Positions 9,739 through 19,614 of a stretch of DNA of 64,000 nucleotides are shown one piece after another. Location of the stretch: NCBI GenBank assembly GCA_938002015.1, contig CALLAU010000029.1, forward strand, positions 6,169-70,168, read 5' to 3'. Positions within the stretch are counted from its first letter, which is position 1, and each line of letters opens with the position of its first letter. The position numbers and the translations under genes are program-made. The DNA comes from an uncultured Bdellovibrionales bacterium (GTDB taxonomy: Bacteria > Bdellovibrionota > Bdellovibrionia > Bdellovibrionales > UBA1609). The notes beneath the pieces are model-generated. The model saw only the letters and a list, made by a program, of their open reading frames with translations. It ran no database searches and had not been told where the DNA came from.

Positions 9739-10712
9739 TCTACACTAGACTTCATTCTACCTAGCATAGGATAATATACTGAATCTTGCTTTAATCTTTT
9801 CATTGTCCTGCTAAAAATAGAATTATCAATAACAGTTTGTGAACTTAGCTTTCCTCTTTGGTTATAAGGAACTTCTGTTAAGTCAGCACAATCAATTTGT
9901 GTTTCAACATATCTACTTGAGCGTCTTAAAACATATTCAAAACAAGCATAATCTCTTTTCCCTATAAAAAACTTTGGATACCTTGAATTTGTTGTAGCAG
10001 CCCCTCTTCTTTTCGTATTGTACTTAATTCTTCCTTTAACTATATCATTGATGAGTTTAAGAGATTCAACACCAGTACCCTTATGCTTTCCAATAAATCT
10101 AGCAAGAATTGTTTTATCAATACTCTCCCATCTCATCATGCTGTTAATTGGTAAAATCTCTGCAGCGACGAGAGCTTTATGTGGATTACATGTTCTATGA
10201 AAATAGCCCATATTATAACAAAAAGTTTCCATACCAGCTTCTTTTGAAGCCCCGTCTACAGGAACTCTACAGACATAGTGCTTTCTGCTGTGATCATGAT
10301 TTCCATGACCATCATAATCACAAAGTGCAAAAATATATGGACCTGATTTAAAAGCGTATTTTAAGTGATTACCAATCTTAGGAGAGTAAAAGTTTGAAAC
10401 CATTTTCCTTGCATATGTAAGCTCGTATTGATTCTCACACCTTACTCTTACATGCCTTCCACCTTTATGATGATCAATAATACCATTTGCATCCCCAAAG
10501 CATGAAATATCTTTTCTAATGCTTGAATCATCCACTCTAAGCTCATCACTTATATGGTTCATAAGGTTATTTTCAAAATTAACTGAATTCGGTGCTAAAT
10601 CAGCTAAAACTTTTGATATTGGTCTTGTTATTGGTCCCCATGTATTTTGGGCAAAACTTAGGTTCGAAAATAAAAAAAGGCTTAAAGCTATAAATAGTGA
10701 TTTGTGGTGCAT
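9735..10712 (-). CDS. secreted hypothetical protein (Cys/His-rich)
   Basis: 325-aa ORF, signal peptide LSFAQ|N, several Cys and a His cluster (DGHGNHDHSRKH). Its stop overlaps the stop of the convergent gene within CTAG. Confidence 0.55.
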   Translation of the reverse strand: MHHKSLFIALSLFLFSNLSFAQNTWGPITRPISKVLADLAPNSVNFENNLMNHISDELRVDDSSIRKDISCFGDANGIIDHHKGGRHVRVRCENQYELTYARKMVSNFYSPKIGNHLKYAFKSGPYIFALCDYDGHGNHDHSRKHYVCRVPVDGASKEAGMETFCYNMGYFHRTCNPHKALVAAEILPINSMMRWESIDKTILARFIGKHKGTGVESLKLINDIVKGRIKYNTKRRGAATTNSRYPKFFIGKRDYACFEYVLRRSSRYVETQIDCADLTEVPYNQRGKLSSQTVIDNSIFSRTMKRLKQDSVYYPMLGRMKSSVD

Positions 10713-10847
10713 AGATCCCCCCTCTGCTCACAAACAAGATATATAGAATAAAGATCTTACTTAATCAAAAAACTTACACATTTTGTGTTTAAAAAAAGCT
10801 GCACAAGAAGAACTAAGACCGCCATCTATCATTAGCTTTGATTAGAG

Positions 10848-12197
10848 CTATATAAGCTTACCAACTAGGTCAAAAGAGAAGGTGTCTGTGATTTCAACTT
10901 TAACCATTTCCCCAGGCTTAACAGGCTTATCGTCAGTATCGTTTATGATCACACATCCATCAATATCAGGAGCTTGGCCATAAAAACGACCTTTAAGAAG
11001 AAGGTCAGTTTCTTCATGATAGCCTTCAACAAGGACCTCTAGTGTTTGTCCTACGTATTTTTCATGGTTCATTCCACTCACAATCTCTTCTTGAAGCTCA
11101 TAAACTTTATTAAACCTCTCATCAATAGTTTCTTGAGAGTTCTTTGGCTCTAACCTATACGCTGGAGTCCCCTCTTCATCTGAGTATTTAAAAACTCCTA
11201 AGTGATCAAACTTAGCTTTTCTTACACCTTCCATAAGAAGGTCAAAGTCTTCTTCTGTCTCTCCCGGAAATCCAACAATAAGAGATGTTCTAATCACTAT
11301 GTTTGGAAGCTTCTCTCTAAGTCTTGTGATCCTGTTATGAATTCTCTCAGTTGTAATTCGTCTGTTCATGCGTCGAAGTACAGGCTCAGAAAAATGCTGA
11401 ACAGGCATATCAAGGTAGGCACAAACTTTTTCACTCTTAGCCATAAAATCAATAACTTCATCTGTTAACTCATCAGGGTAGTAGTAAAAAAGCCTGACCC
11501 ACTTTAAGTCTTTAACAGTCTCTAAAGCCTTTAAAAGCTCAAGTAAATTGTTCTTATCTTGATCTAGATCAACACCATAACTAGAGAGATCTTGAGAGAT
11601 AATATTAAGTTCTTTAACTCCAGACTTAACAAGGTTTTCTGCTTCTACCTTAAGAGATTCAACAGACCTGCTTCTTAATGAGCCTCTAAGAGTTGGAATA
11701 ATACAAAATGTACACTTTCTATTACAACCTTCAGAAACCTTAAGCCATGCCATATGTTTTGGAGAAGTGTTAAGCCTGTGATCAAACTCTGTATGGATGT
11801 ATTTTGGAATTTCAACAAAAGACTTCTTCTCTAAAGAGCCTTCTTTTTTAGCTTCAAGAAACTGGTCGATTTTATTATACTCTCCAGTTCCAATAAAAAG
11901 ATCCACTTCAGGAAACTCAGCTTCAAGTTCAGCCGAGTGCCTTTGAGAAAGGCAACCTGAAACAACTAAAATCTGCCCATCTTTCTTCTCTTCACCAAAC
12001 TCAATAATATTTCTAATAGACTCTCTTTTTGCATCTTCTACAAAAGCACAAGTATTAACGATTAAGGCTTCAGCAGAACTAGACTCTTGTGAAATTTCAT
12101 AACCTTTGTTTTGAAGAGTCCCAAGCATGACTTGAGAGTCTACAAGGTTTTTTGAGCAGCCAAGAGATACGAAATGAACAGTTTTTTGATTTACCAT
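10848..12197 (-). CDS. rimO: ribosomal protein S12 methylthiotransferase RimO (radical SAM)
   Basis: VSLGCSKNLVDSQ N-terminus, radical-SAM CNRKCTFC, IVGFPGETEEDF and a C-terminal TRAM-like domain. Collinear with E. coli RimO as I recall it. Confidence 0.9.
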   Translation of the reverse strand: MVNQKTVHFVSLGCSKNLVDSQVMLGTLQNKGYEISQESSSAEALIVNTCAFVEDAKRESIRNIIEFGEEKKDGQILVVSGCLSQRHSAELEAEFPEVDLFIGTGEYNKIDQFLEAKKEGSLEKKSFVEIPKYIHTEFDHRLNTSPKHMAWLKVSEGCNRKCTFCIIPTLRGSLRSRSVESLKVEAENLVKSGVKELNIISQDLSSYGVDLDQDKNNLLELLKALETVKDLKWVRLFYYYPDELTDEVIDFMAKSEKVCAYLDMPVQHFSEPVLRRMNRRITTERIHNRITRLREKLPNIVIRTSLIVGFPGETEEDFDLLMEGVRKAKFDHLGVFKYSDEEGTPAYRLEPKNSQETIDERFNKVYELQEEIVSGMNHEKYVGQTLEVLVEGYHEETDLLLKGRFYGQAPDIDGCVIINDTDDKPVKPGEMVKVEITDTFSFDLVGKLI

Positions 12198-12372
12198 GAA
12201 ACTGTCTTACATCAGTAAAAATAAAATCACAATTACCAAGTAATTTCAGTGCTTTATACGCTCTTTTTTGAAGTTTTTTCTTAAGTGATTTAAAGTTTTA
12301 CAGCACAGTCTAAAAAACTAAGCCTCGATGCTTACTGCTCGAATTTTCTACTACAAAAAAACTCTAAACTGT

Positions 12373-13929
12373 TCACTCAGAATCTTGAGAGCGTATAAGC
12401 TCAAGCCTCTTAAAAGCAGGCTTGAAAAACTCAGAGCTTTGAAGCTTTCGTAAAAACTCTTGATAGTCTTTTGTATCAAGATCCGTAAAAGGACCCCCAA
12501 AAGACACCATTTGAGCTATATTCCGAAAGTCAGTTAAAACAAGATTAAAGTCATTCCACAAAGCTTCTAAATCCTTAGCACGTTTTAAGGCTAGACTCTC
12601 AGGAAAAGATTCTAAAATCAGGTCTGCAGGGAAAAGCTTTCTTTTTCTAGGGTAGTACGCATCACTACTCAGTCTATCCCACAAGGGCATGAAGGACTCT
12701 TTTGATCTACCAATCAACCCACGCACTCCAGTATTAGGAAAATCCTCGTCTGTTTCTTTATCTAACTCTTTTCCAACTAAGCTAAGTGTTTTCATAGAAT
12801 TAAAGTCTGTAAAGAGTATATATAAATTCCCCCAAGTATCTATCAAAGGAATTGTTTTCCCCATAATTTCAGAAAAATCGTTTTCAGAAGCTTCAACCTC
12901 ATTATTAAAATCTTCTAGATTCATATTGACCAAAGAGTTGATATCAAAATCTTGATCTTTAACATAATCAGCAAAAGCTACTTTTTGAAAAAAAGAAGAC
13001 CTGTTGAGCTTTATGTTCTCAAATTCATAAATACTTAGCACAATTCCTTTTCCACTTAAAAAAGATGACAGCGGCTCTTTTGAATTAATAAGCGCTTTTA
13101 AGTTAATATCACCTGATCTTAGAAACTCTAATGTTTGTAAGAATTCAAACCAAGCTTGACGAAGATCGAATAAAATTCTTACTTGCTCTCTTAAATGATC
13201 TATTAAAAGGTTATGACTTAAAAGCCCCTGTAAACTATGCCCCGAAATGTCATGATAAAACTGTCTATGAAAATCTGAAATTGGCAGCTTACCCTCAAAA
13301 GCAAAGTGCCAAAGATAGACAAGACTGTTGCTAAACGCTCCTTCACTCCAGTAATACTTTAAAGGAATTTTTATATCTTCATCAGATTTAGCCAGAGATG
13401 AGTTAAAAAAATCTGTAGCCTTATTTAGATACTCAACCGAAGGCACACTCACAAACTCAACCCTACTTGCCTCGGTCTCGCCGGCAGACAAGGGCAGCAT
13501 ATTTAAATCAAAATTATTAAATCCCCAAAAATCTGCTGCTTCTGGCCCTAAAGTGTACTTATACTCCCTTAAATCCCAGCTAATATCACCAGCATTTGGA
13601 TCGTTTTGATCAAAAATTTTTCTAGAATCACCCCATCCAGAGCTCACCTGTCTTTGCACAATAAAGCTTGATCCAAACCTACCTTCTAATTGATCAACAA
13701 CACGAAGAACTTGAGTTTCAAACTGAGAGTAACGAAAACTGTCACCTGCAACAGCTATATTTGTACTTAATAAAGACCTGCAGGAAAGTTCACTACTAGA
13801 AAGACTGTCCTGAGCTAAAGCCAGGGGCGAATACAGTGATGCAAGCACTGTTACTAATCTTATTAGTGAAAAAAATAGAGTCATGGTGATTTTATGATGC
13901 AAAAAGAACACCACTTTACTTAAAGGCAT
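12373..13929 (-). CDS. secreted hypothetical protein
   Basis: 518-aa ORF. An alternative ATG at 13884 gives the signal peptide MTLFFSLIRLVTVLASLYSPLALA|QD. YHDISGHS motif. No family recognised. Confidence 0.55.
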   Translation of the reverse strand: MPLSKVVFFLHHKITMTLFFSLIRLVTVLASLYSPLALAQDSLSSSELSCRSLLSTNIAVAGDSFRYSQFETQVLRVVDQLEGRFGSSFIVQRQVSSGWGDSRKIFDQNDPNAGDISWDLREYKYTLGPEAADFWGFNNFDLNMLPLSAGETEASRVEFVSVPSVEYLNKATDFFNSSLAKSDEDIKIPLKYYWSEGAFSNSLVYLWHFAFEGKLPISDFHRQFYHDISGHSLQGLLSHNLLIDHLREQVRILFDLRQAWFEFLQTLEFLRSGDINLKALINSKEPLSSFLSGKGIVLSIYEFENIKLNRSSFFQKVAFADYVKDQDFDINSLVNMNLEDFNNEVEASENDFSEIMGKTIPLIDTWGNLYILFTDFNSMKTLSLVGKELDKETDEDFPNTGVRGLIGRSKESFMPLWDRLSSDAYYPRKRKLFPADLILESFPESLALKRAKDLEALWNDFNLVLTDFRNIAQMVSFGGPFTDLDTKDYQEFLRKLQSSEFFKPAFKRLELIRSQDSE

Positions 13930-13966
13930 TTCATTAGGAGCAGCCCTTATACTTAACCTCTCACTT

Positions 13967-14803
13967 TCACCAAAAAAGTTGTTTCATACAAAAAACTGAC
14001 CCACCAGATTTAATATATTCAGACGTGTCTATTTCATGAACTTCAAAACCTAAATCTTTAGCCTTTGAAATGGCATAAGGATTGTCTTTTTGAATAACAA
14101 TATCAGTCCCATTTACAGCACACAAATTCCCAGCAAATCCATTTATAGCCTCATCAAGAGGGATCTCAATGAGATGAGTAAATTTAGTTTTTAAAAAATC
14201 AAAAGAAGTCTTATCAAAGCCCTCTTTTACCACAAAAGCTGTGTCTTTATTTACAATAGCTAGACACGTATCTAGGTGGTAAAAATTTTCGCTTACTAGT
14301 TTCAAACGATGTATTTTTTTATCAATGATTTGCTCTAATTCATCATATACAGCTTCAGATGTTCTAAAACCATAACCACCATAAACCTCATCACTTTCAT
14401 AGTTCCAAAGAGCATCCCCCATTCCCTCAAAACTTCCTTGAGTTTTATAAGCATAGGTCTCCATATTATTTTCATTTGCCCATTTACTAAAATAAGTGAC
14501 CTCGTCTTGTCTTTTTTTAGAGTTCATTTGGCTAAGAATAATTTGAGTTTTGTTATTTTTTAAAAAAGGAAAAGTTTGATTTGCTGTAAAAACCATATCT
14601 GGCAAACTCTCTACTGCAGGTAAAACATCAACACTTAATCCTAAGGTATTAAAGGTCTCCTTTAATACCTCCCACTGCTTAAGAGCTTTTTCTTTATCTA
14701 CCTTATTTAACCTCCCTTTAGCGTCTTTCATGTGAGGGTTGATTGCATATTCAATATCAAAACTATCTGGGTGTGCCATGAGCACTTTTTTAGGCCATTT
14801 CAT
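13967..14803 (-). CDS. amidinotransferase/DDAH/arginine-deiminase-like enzyme (guanidino-group-modifying superfamily)
   Basis: AHPDSFDIEYAINPHM N-terminus, FYHLDTCLAIV, C-terminal SGGSVFCM (catalytic Cys context). The ORF track starts at a TTG (14839); I prefer the ATG at 14803, but the start is uncertain. Confidence 0.65.
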   Translation of the reverse strand: MKWPKKVLMAHPDSFDIEYAINPHMKDAKGRLNKVDKEKALKQWEVLKETFNTLGLSVDVLPAVESLPDMVFTANQTFPFLKNNKTQIILSQMNSKKRQDEVTYFSKWANENNMETYAYKTQGSFEGMGDALWNYESDEVYGGYGFRTSEAVYDELEQIIDKKIHRLKLVSENFYHLDTCLAIVNKDTAFVVKEGFDKTSFDFLKTKFTHLIEIPLDEAINGFAGNLCAVNGTDIVIQKDNPYAISKAKDLGFEVHEIDTSEYIKSGGSVFCMKQLFW

Positions 14804-14900
14804 AAGTATGACTCTGCGAGTATGTGAATTTCTTGTCAAACTTTAATCTTTATTAGAAAGTATTCTCTATTTAAAAGCTCAGCTCTAAGGGGGACTCAGG

Positions 14901-15983
14901 ATGAAGCTTTATTTAAATGCAGCTGTATTTTTTATATTTGCAAATCTTTTTTCAATAAATTCTTACGCTCAAGCCAGAGTGCACTCTTTCACCAAAGAGC
15001 AGTCAAACTGGATGATGGAGATGAACTTTGAAACTAAAAAAAACACCTTAAACCAAAATCCAGAAGAAGGCTCTGTACTTCCTTATGGAGAGTATGAAAA
15101 CCAAGGTTATTTTTTATTTAATGATGAAACTGACTTTAATTCTTTTGACGCTAAAAGAGGTTTTTTAGAACACTTACCTGACTCTGTTACTCCAGTTATG
15201 TTTACTCAAAACGAATCACCCGAATACATTCAAAGTCTAAAAGATACCTTTGGTGTCTTTCTTAAAGATCCTTCAAAACTTAAAATCATGTATTTAAATA
15301 CTGGAGGCAATGGCTTTTGGGCAAGAGATGGAATACCTGTTCCTATGTATTATAGAAACAATAATAAAGACCACTTCTTAGTTGTTGATGCAAAGTACTA
15401 TCATGATTTTGAACCTGATCAGCTAGTTGCTGATCGCTTTAACGCTCTTACCTGGTCGCATGATTATTATTTTGAAGGTGGAAACTTTGTAGCTAATGCT
15501 AAAGGAGATTGCTTAGTTGTAAACACAAGACCTGTGAAACAAATTCCTAATTCAATTTTTAAACACCAGTATGGCTGTAGAAATCTTATAAGGCTTCCCT
15601 TTAAAAGAGGTATTGGACACGCTGATGAAAGTGTTAAATTCATTACTGAGGATATCGTGTTAACTGATCTTCCAAGCTATAAAGAAATCTTAGAATCAGA
15701 AGGCTTCTCTGTTGTAATGCTTCCAAAAGCTCGAAGACGGTACGAAACATACCTGAATTCAGTTATTTTAGAAGATACTATTTACATGCCAGCTTATGGC
15801 TACCCTTCAGATGAAGAGGCTTTAAACGTCTATAGAAGCCTTGGCTACAAGGCTATACCACTTAACAGCTATAGCCTTTCTAACAATGGCGCAGGCTCTC
15901 TACACTGCATTTCTATGGTTTACCCGGATGATATAAGCTTTAATGAGCTTCTACAAAACACAGGAGGAGAAGAGGTTTTTTAA
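14901..15983 (+). CDS. secreted agmatine deiminase / Porphyromonas-type peptidyl-arginine deiminase family protein
   Basis: SD aaggggga. Signal peptide ..INSYAQA|R. Family motifs FWARDGIP, GIGHADESVKF and C-terminal GAGSLHCISM (catalytic Cys). Confidence 0.75.
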   Translation: MKLYLNAAVFFIFANLFSINSYAQARVHSFTKEQSNWMMEMNFETKKNTLNQNPEEGSVLPYGEYENQGYFLFNDETDFNSFDAKRGFLEHLPDSVTPVMFTQNESPEYIQSLKDTFGVFLKDPSKLKIMYLNTGGNGFWARDGIPVPMYYRNNNKDHFLVVDAKYYHDFEPDQLVADRFNALTWSHDYYFEGGNFVANAKGDCLVVNTRPVKQIPNSIFKHQYGCRNLIRLPFKRGIGHADESVKFITEDIVLTDLPSYKEILESEGFSVVMLPKARRRYETYLNSVILEDTIYMPAYGYPSDEEALNVYRSLGYKAIPLNSYSLSNNGAGSLHCISMVYPDDISFNELLQNTGGEEVF

Positions 15984-16102
15984 AAACTTTTTCTCCTACT
16001 AAGAGAAGGTAAGTTTTTCAAGCCGTTAGCGCAGTCTTTGCGTATATTTAAGTCACTATATAGAGTCTCTTTTTAACTTTTAAGAGAGGCTTTTAAAGAA
16101 AA

Positions 16103-18097
16103 ATGAAATCACAGTTTTTTCTTACTATTTTAAGCCTTACACTTTTCACAACCTCTAGTTTTGCTCAACTAGACAAGCAAAGAGAAGACTCCTACCAAAG
16201 AGTTTTAAATAGATATTCTACCTCTACTGAAAGCAAAGATGAGAACACCACACCTCCTATTAATTTAAACACAAAAGAAGAAGAGCAAGAAGACGAAGAA
16301 AAATACCATACTGATTTTGGCGGTTCTTTTACTAGAAATAGTCTTAATATTTCTGGAGATAACATAGAAGAGCGAAAACAGTTTTTTGGTTTTATGATTA
16401 AAGAAGGCGATGAAGAAACTCTTAGACTTGATAGCTTTGCCTTTAGCACAGAAGAACTCCTCACTTTTGGTGTAGAACTTAATTCTGAGGAGACTCTTAG
16501 CTACAATATTTTTAATGAAATCAAGTCTACTCCTGGAACCACTATCGTTATTAAATCTGATACTAGCTTTAGAAGGAGTGATGAACTTAAAGCCTTCTCT
16601 ACAAGTTTAAGCCGTGAACAAGATAGCGGTTCTTTTAAATATATTCTCTTTGGTGAGATTGCGTTTCAAGAGCCAACTGAAGACATAAGAGATAATAGAG
16701 TTTCTGTTTTAACCACAATAGGCTTTAACCCATGCCTTCTTGAAGCAGGAGTTTCAAACACTGTTAGAAATCACTTGCTTGAAAAAAGAAGGGATCAACA
16801 AACACAAATTGATCTAGCAGCTCACTGTATTGTTGGTGAGGATTTTGAAGGAAAAATTTTTGCCTCTCTTATCTTAACTGATATAAACGGAGACTTTTAT
16901 GAGCAAGTACACCTAGAAACAGAGCTCACACTTAAAATTGCAGAATCTCTCTACCTTAGATATAATCTTACTAATAGACCAGAGCCTTCACTCCCCTCTC
17001 TTGGCCGACATTACCCAAGATTTGAATCTAAAAGAGTAGAAAGACCTATAAGGCTTTCAGCTGAAGAAAGCTTCTTCTACAGTCTGCATGATGCCTCAGG
17101 AAAACTTGAAACTATCACACTTGAGTATAAAACTGATGAAAAACAAGAGTGTATTAAAACTAAAGGCATAACTCTAGGCGCATATAAAAACTCTCTTGAG
17201 TCAGAGAGCACAAAACCAGTTTTTTTAATTGAAAGTCTAGATGACTGTGATCCAAATAGAATAACTGATGAAGATGAAGATATATTTGAAGCACCTGACT
17301 TAGATGGTGACGACTTTGATGAAGAATTAGCAAACGCTGTTACTTCTAGTACAAGTTTAAGCTTTGGTAATATACATAAGGTTAATGGTCACGATGCTCT
17401 AGCTTTTAGTTTTAGTAAAGCTTCAAGTGATTCTACACATTTAAACAAATACTCTGTTTTTGTTGCTGAAGTAAATGATTCTTTAAGTGAAGATGGTCAG
17501 TATAGACTTTATGAAGTAGGTATTAACCGAAGAAACCTAAACCAGTCTGGGAGCATTAACGAAACTAATTTTCGCATTATTAAAAACCAAGATAACACCT
17601 ACGCTGTAGCTGAAAGAGTTTTCATTGCACCAATTAATAATGCTCAAAATAGACTTAAGTTTCAAAAACCTCAAATTTCAAACGAAGATAGAGAAAAAGC
17701 ACTTGCTAGAGGCATCACCGAATCTCAACTTGAAGCTGCCTTAAATAATTTTTTTAGCATTGATTCTTTAAATTATTGTAGAGAGATAGACTGCTTTGAA
17801 CTTGGTCTTGGCTTAAGTTTTAGTGATCAAGGTGGTGTTTTTTTAACAGCTAGAGGTGAAACTGTAGTAGATATTTTTGATAAAAACTTTGACCTTGAAC
17901 TCACTTTTGGGCTTCCACTCAATGAGTTTGCAGAGAACTACAGCTGGGGGAGGCATTATGAAAATGACAGGCCTTTTTATGAGATCAGCTTCTCTGATAG
18001 CGATTGTGATAAATCTGAGACCTTTTGTGCTGAATTAAGTAACAGAAAAGACAGCGAATCAAACACTATACAGTTTGTTTATGAGTATGAGTTTTAA
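16103..18097 (+). CDS. secreted hypothetical protein, acidic (664 aa)
   Basis: Signal peptide SSFAQ|L. Acidic tracts (EEEQEDEEK, DEDEDIFEAPDLDGDDFDEE). No family recognised. Confidence 0.55.
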   Translation: MKSQFFLTILSLTLFTTSSFAQLDKQREDSYQRVLNRYSTSTESKDENTTPPINLNTKEEEQEDEEKYHTDFGGSFTRNSLNISGDNIEERKQFFGFMIKEGDEETLRLDSFAFSTEELLTFGVELNSEETLSYNIFNEIKSTPGTTIVIKSDTSFRRSDELKAFSTSLSREQDSGSFKYILFGEIAFQEPTEDIRDNRVSVLTTIGFNPCLLEAGVSNTVRNHLLEKRRDQQTQIDLAAHCIVGEDFEGKIFASLILTDINGDFYEQVHLETELTLKIAESLYLRYNLTNRPEPSLPSLGRHYPRFESKRVERPIRLSAEESFFYSLHDASGKLETITLEYKTDEKQECIKTKGITLGAYKNSLESESTKPVFLIESLDDCDPNRITDEDEDIFEAPDLDGDDFDEELANAVTSSTSLSFGNIHKVNGHDALAFSFSKASSDSTHLNKYSVFVAEVNDSLSEDGQYRLYEVGINRRNLNQSGSINETNFRIIKNQDNTYAVAERVFIAPINNAQNRLKFQKPQISNEDREKALARGITESQLEAALNNFFSIDSLNYCREIDCFELGLGLSFSDQGGVFLTARGETVVDIFDKNFDLELTFGLPLNEFAENYSWGRHYENDRPFYEISFSDSDCDKSETFCAELSNRKDSESNTIQFVYEYEF

Positions 18098-18171
18098 AGA
18101 TTTCATTGAAGTTTATTAGTTTTTAAAGCAAGACATTCTAAATACATACCTTTCTAGGAGACTTATAAATT

Positions 18172-18837
18172 TTGGCACATCACTTCTTTATTAAATCACT
18201 TCTCTTTATAAGTCTTATTTCTGCATCTACTTTTTCATTAGCAGCGATTAAAGAACCTTTTATTCGTCGCCCTCACTTTGACTCCTACATACCAGCAAAC
18301 TGCTGGCCCATTAACTTAAGTCAGTTTAGTGACACACAGACTATGACAGGCTTAACCATTGGACCACTTGGAAGTGAACAAGAAGGTTTTGATATTGAGT
18401 TTCCAATTTCTCATCAAGAGATTAAAGACCTTTGGAGTTTTTTAGGCCCTCTAGCATATGATGGAACTGTTGACCGCTACGCACTTAATAAAATTGAAAC
18501 AAATACTACATTAAATGACTACTTAGACCTTCTCCTTTTAGAATCTAAAAAAACAGGGCTTAAAATCTCATCTCAAGGTGTTATTTATGAACTTTTAGTA
18601 GCTCATAGACTGCGTGAAAAACTAAATGAGTTTGGCTTTTTTATAACTGGCGCAATCATATACGGAAAGAATAAAAACCGCATTATGGGAGAACTAGATT
18701 TAGTTATTGGCAGAATCTCTGACTGTAAAATTCTTATCGTCACTGAAGTAAAATCCTACACTAGCCCAAGAGCAGCTTTAAAAGGAAGAGAGCAGCTTGA
18801 TAGATTCTTTCAGTTTTTAGAAGATGTGCATAATTAA
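18172..18837 (+). CDS. secreted PD-(D/E)xK-like (YraN/restriction-endonuclease-fold-like) protein
   Basis: TTG start 11 nt after AGGAG. Signal peptide ..STFSLA|A. The C-terminal GELDLVIGR..x9..ILIVTEVKS matches the hGE(I/L)DLh...hhhVEVK nuclease core. Confidence 0.5.
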   Translation: MAHHFFIKSLLFISLISASTFSLAAIKEPFIRRPHFDSYIPANCWPINLSQFSDTQTMTGLTIGPLGSEQEGFDIEFPISHQEIKDLWSFLGPLAYDGTVDRYALNKIETNTTLNDYLDLLLLESKKTGLKISSQGVIYELLVAHRLREKLNEFGFFITGAIIYGKNKNRIMGELDLVIGRISDCKILIVTEVKSYTSPRAALKGREQLDRFFQFLEDVHN

Positions 18838-19029
18838 TATTTTGTATAAGAGAGCACAGGCATTATTTATTTTTTTATTACGACGTCGAAATAAAAGCTC
18901 CTTAAGTGACAATTTACGTAATAAAAAGAATGACTTAGTCAGTTTTAATATGCCTAAGTGGTTATCTTTTCTTCTTAGCATTGGCCAAGTGAGCATAGAA
19001 CTTGCTTTCCTAATTAAAAAGGAGAGAAA

Positions 19030-19389
19030 ATGTATAAATTTTTACTGATTACTATCTTGTTGCCAATTATGGCGTTTGCTGACGAGTCTCTTATTATTCA
19101 TACGGAAACAGCAAACGATCCATCACTTTTGATCGTTTGTGATGAAGGTTCAAGTGCTGTAAATGGGTTGTCTCGTTTTATAAGTGCAAATACAGGCCAT
19201 AGGGATGTGATAAGCGGTGTTTTCACTAGAGGCATGAGCGCTGTTGACTATGAACTTAATGATAACGGAGCTGTTACTATTAAAATTAACCTAATTAACC
19301 CAGGAGAAACACCGGCTTCGGAAAATAATGATAACTTAGTTGAATTTGTCATTATGAAATCATCTACTTGCTCACTTGGAAAAATCTAA
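19030..19389 (+). CDS. small secreted hypothetical protein
   Basis: SD aaaggagag 5 nt upstream. Signal peptide ..PIMAFA|DE. 119 aa. Confidence 0.6.
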   Translation: MYKFLLITILLPIMAFADESLIIHTETANDPSLLIVCDEGSSAVNGLSRFISANTGHRDVISGVFTRGMSAVDYELNDNGAVTIKINLINPGETPASENNDNLVEFVIMKSSTCSLGKI

Positions 19390-19614
19390 ATTAGTAAATT
19401 GTTTATAACACTATTGATTAATCTAAGAAATTTTAGATCTGAGGAGTTTTTCTGAGAATGAAAAGCTCTCTTTATTTTAAATTATAAAGATTTATCTATT
19501 CGGAATCGAGCATAGCGCATGTTCTCAAATACAATTAATTTAATTTAAAAAACTGGAATAGGTCTTGAATAGATAGAAGTATATACATCAGTTCATTTAT
19601 GACAGAGGCACAAA

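Noticed and set aside
18824-19048. 74-aa ORF bridging the nuclease-like gene and the small secreted-protein gene.
   Set aside because: It overlaps both neighbours, has no SD and has a Leu/Lys/Arg-rich, non-protein-like composition. The region more probably holds the promoter and SD for 19030..19389.
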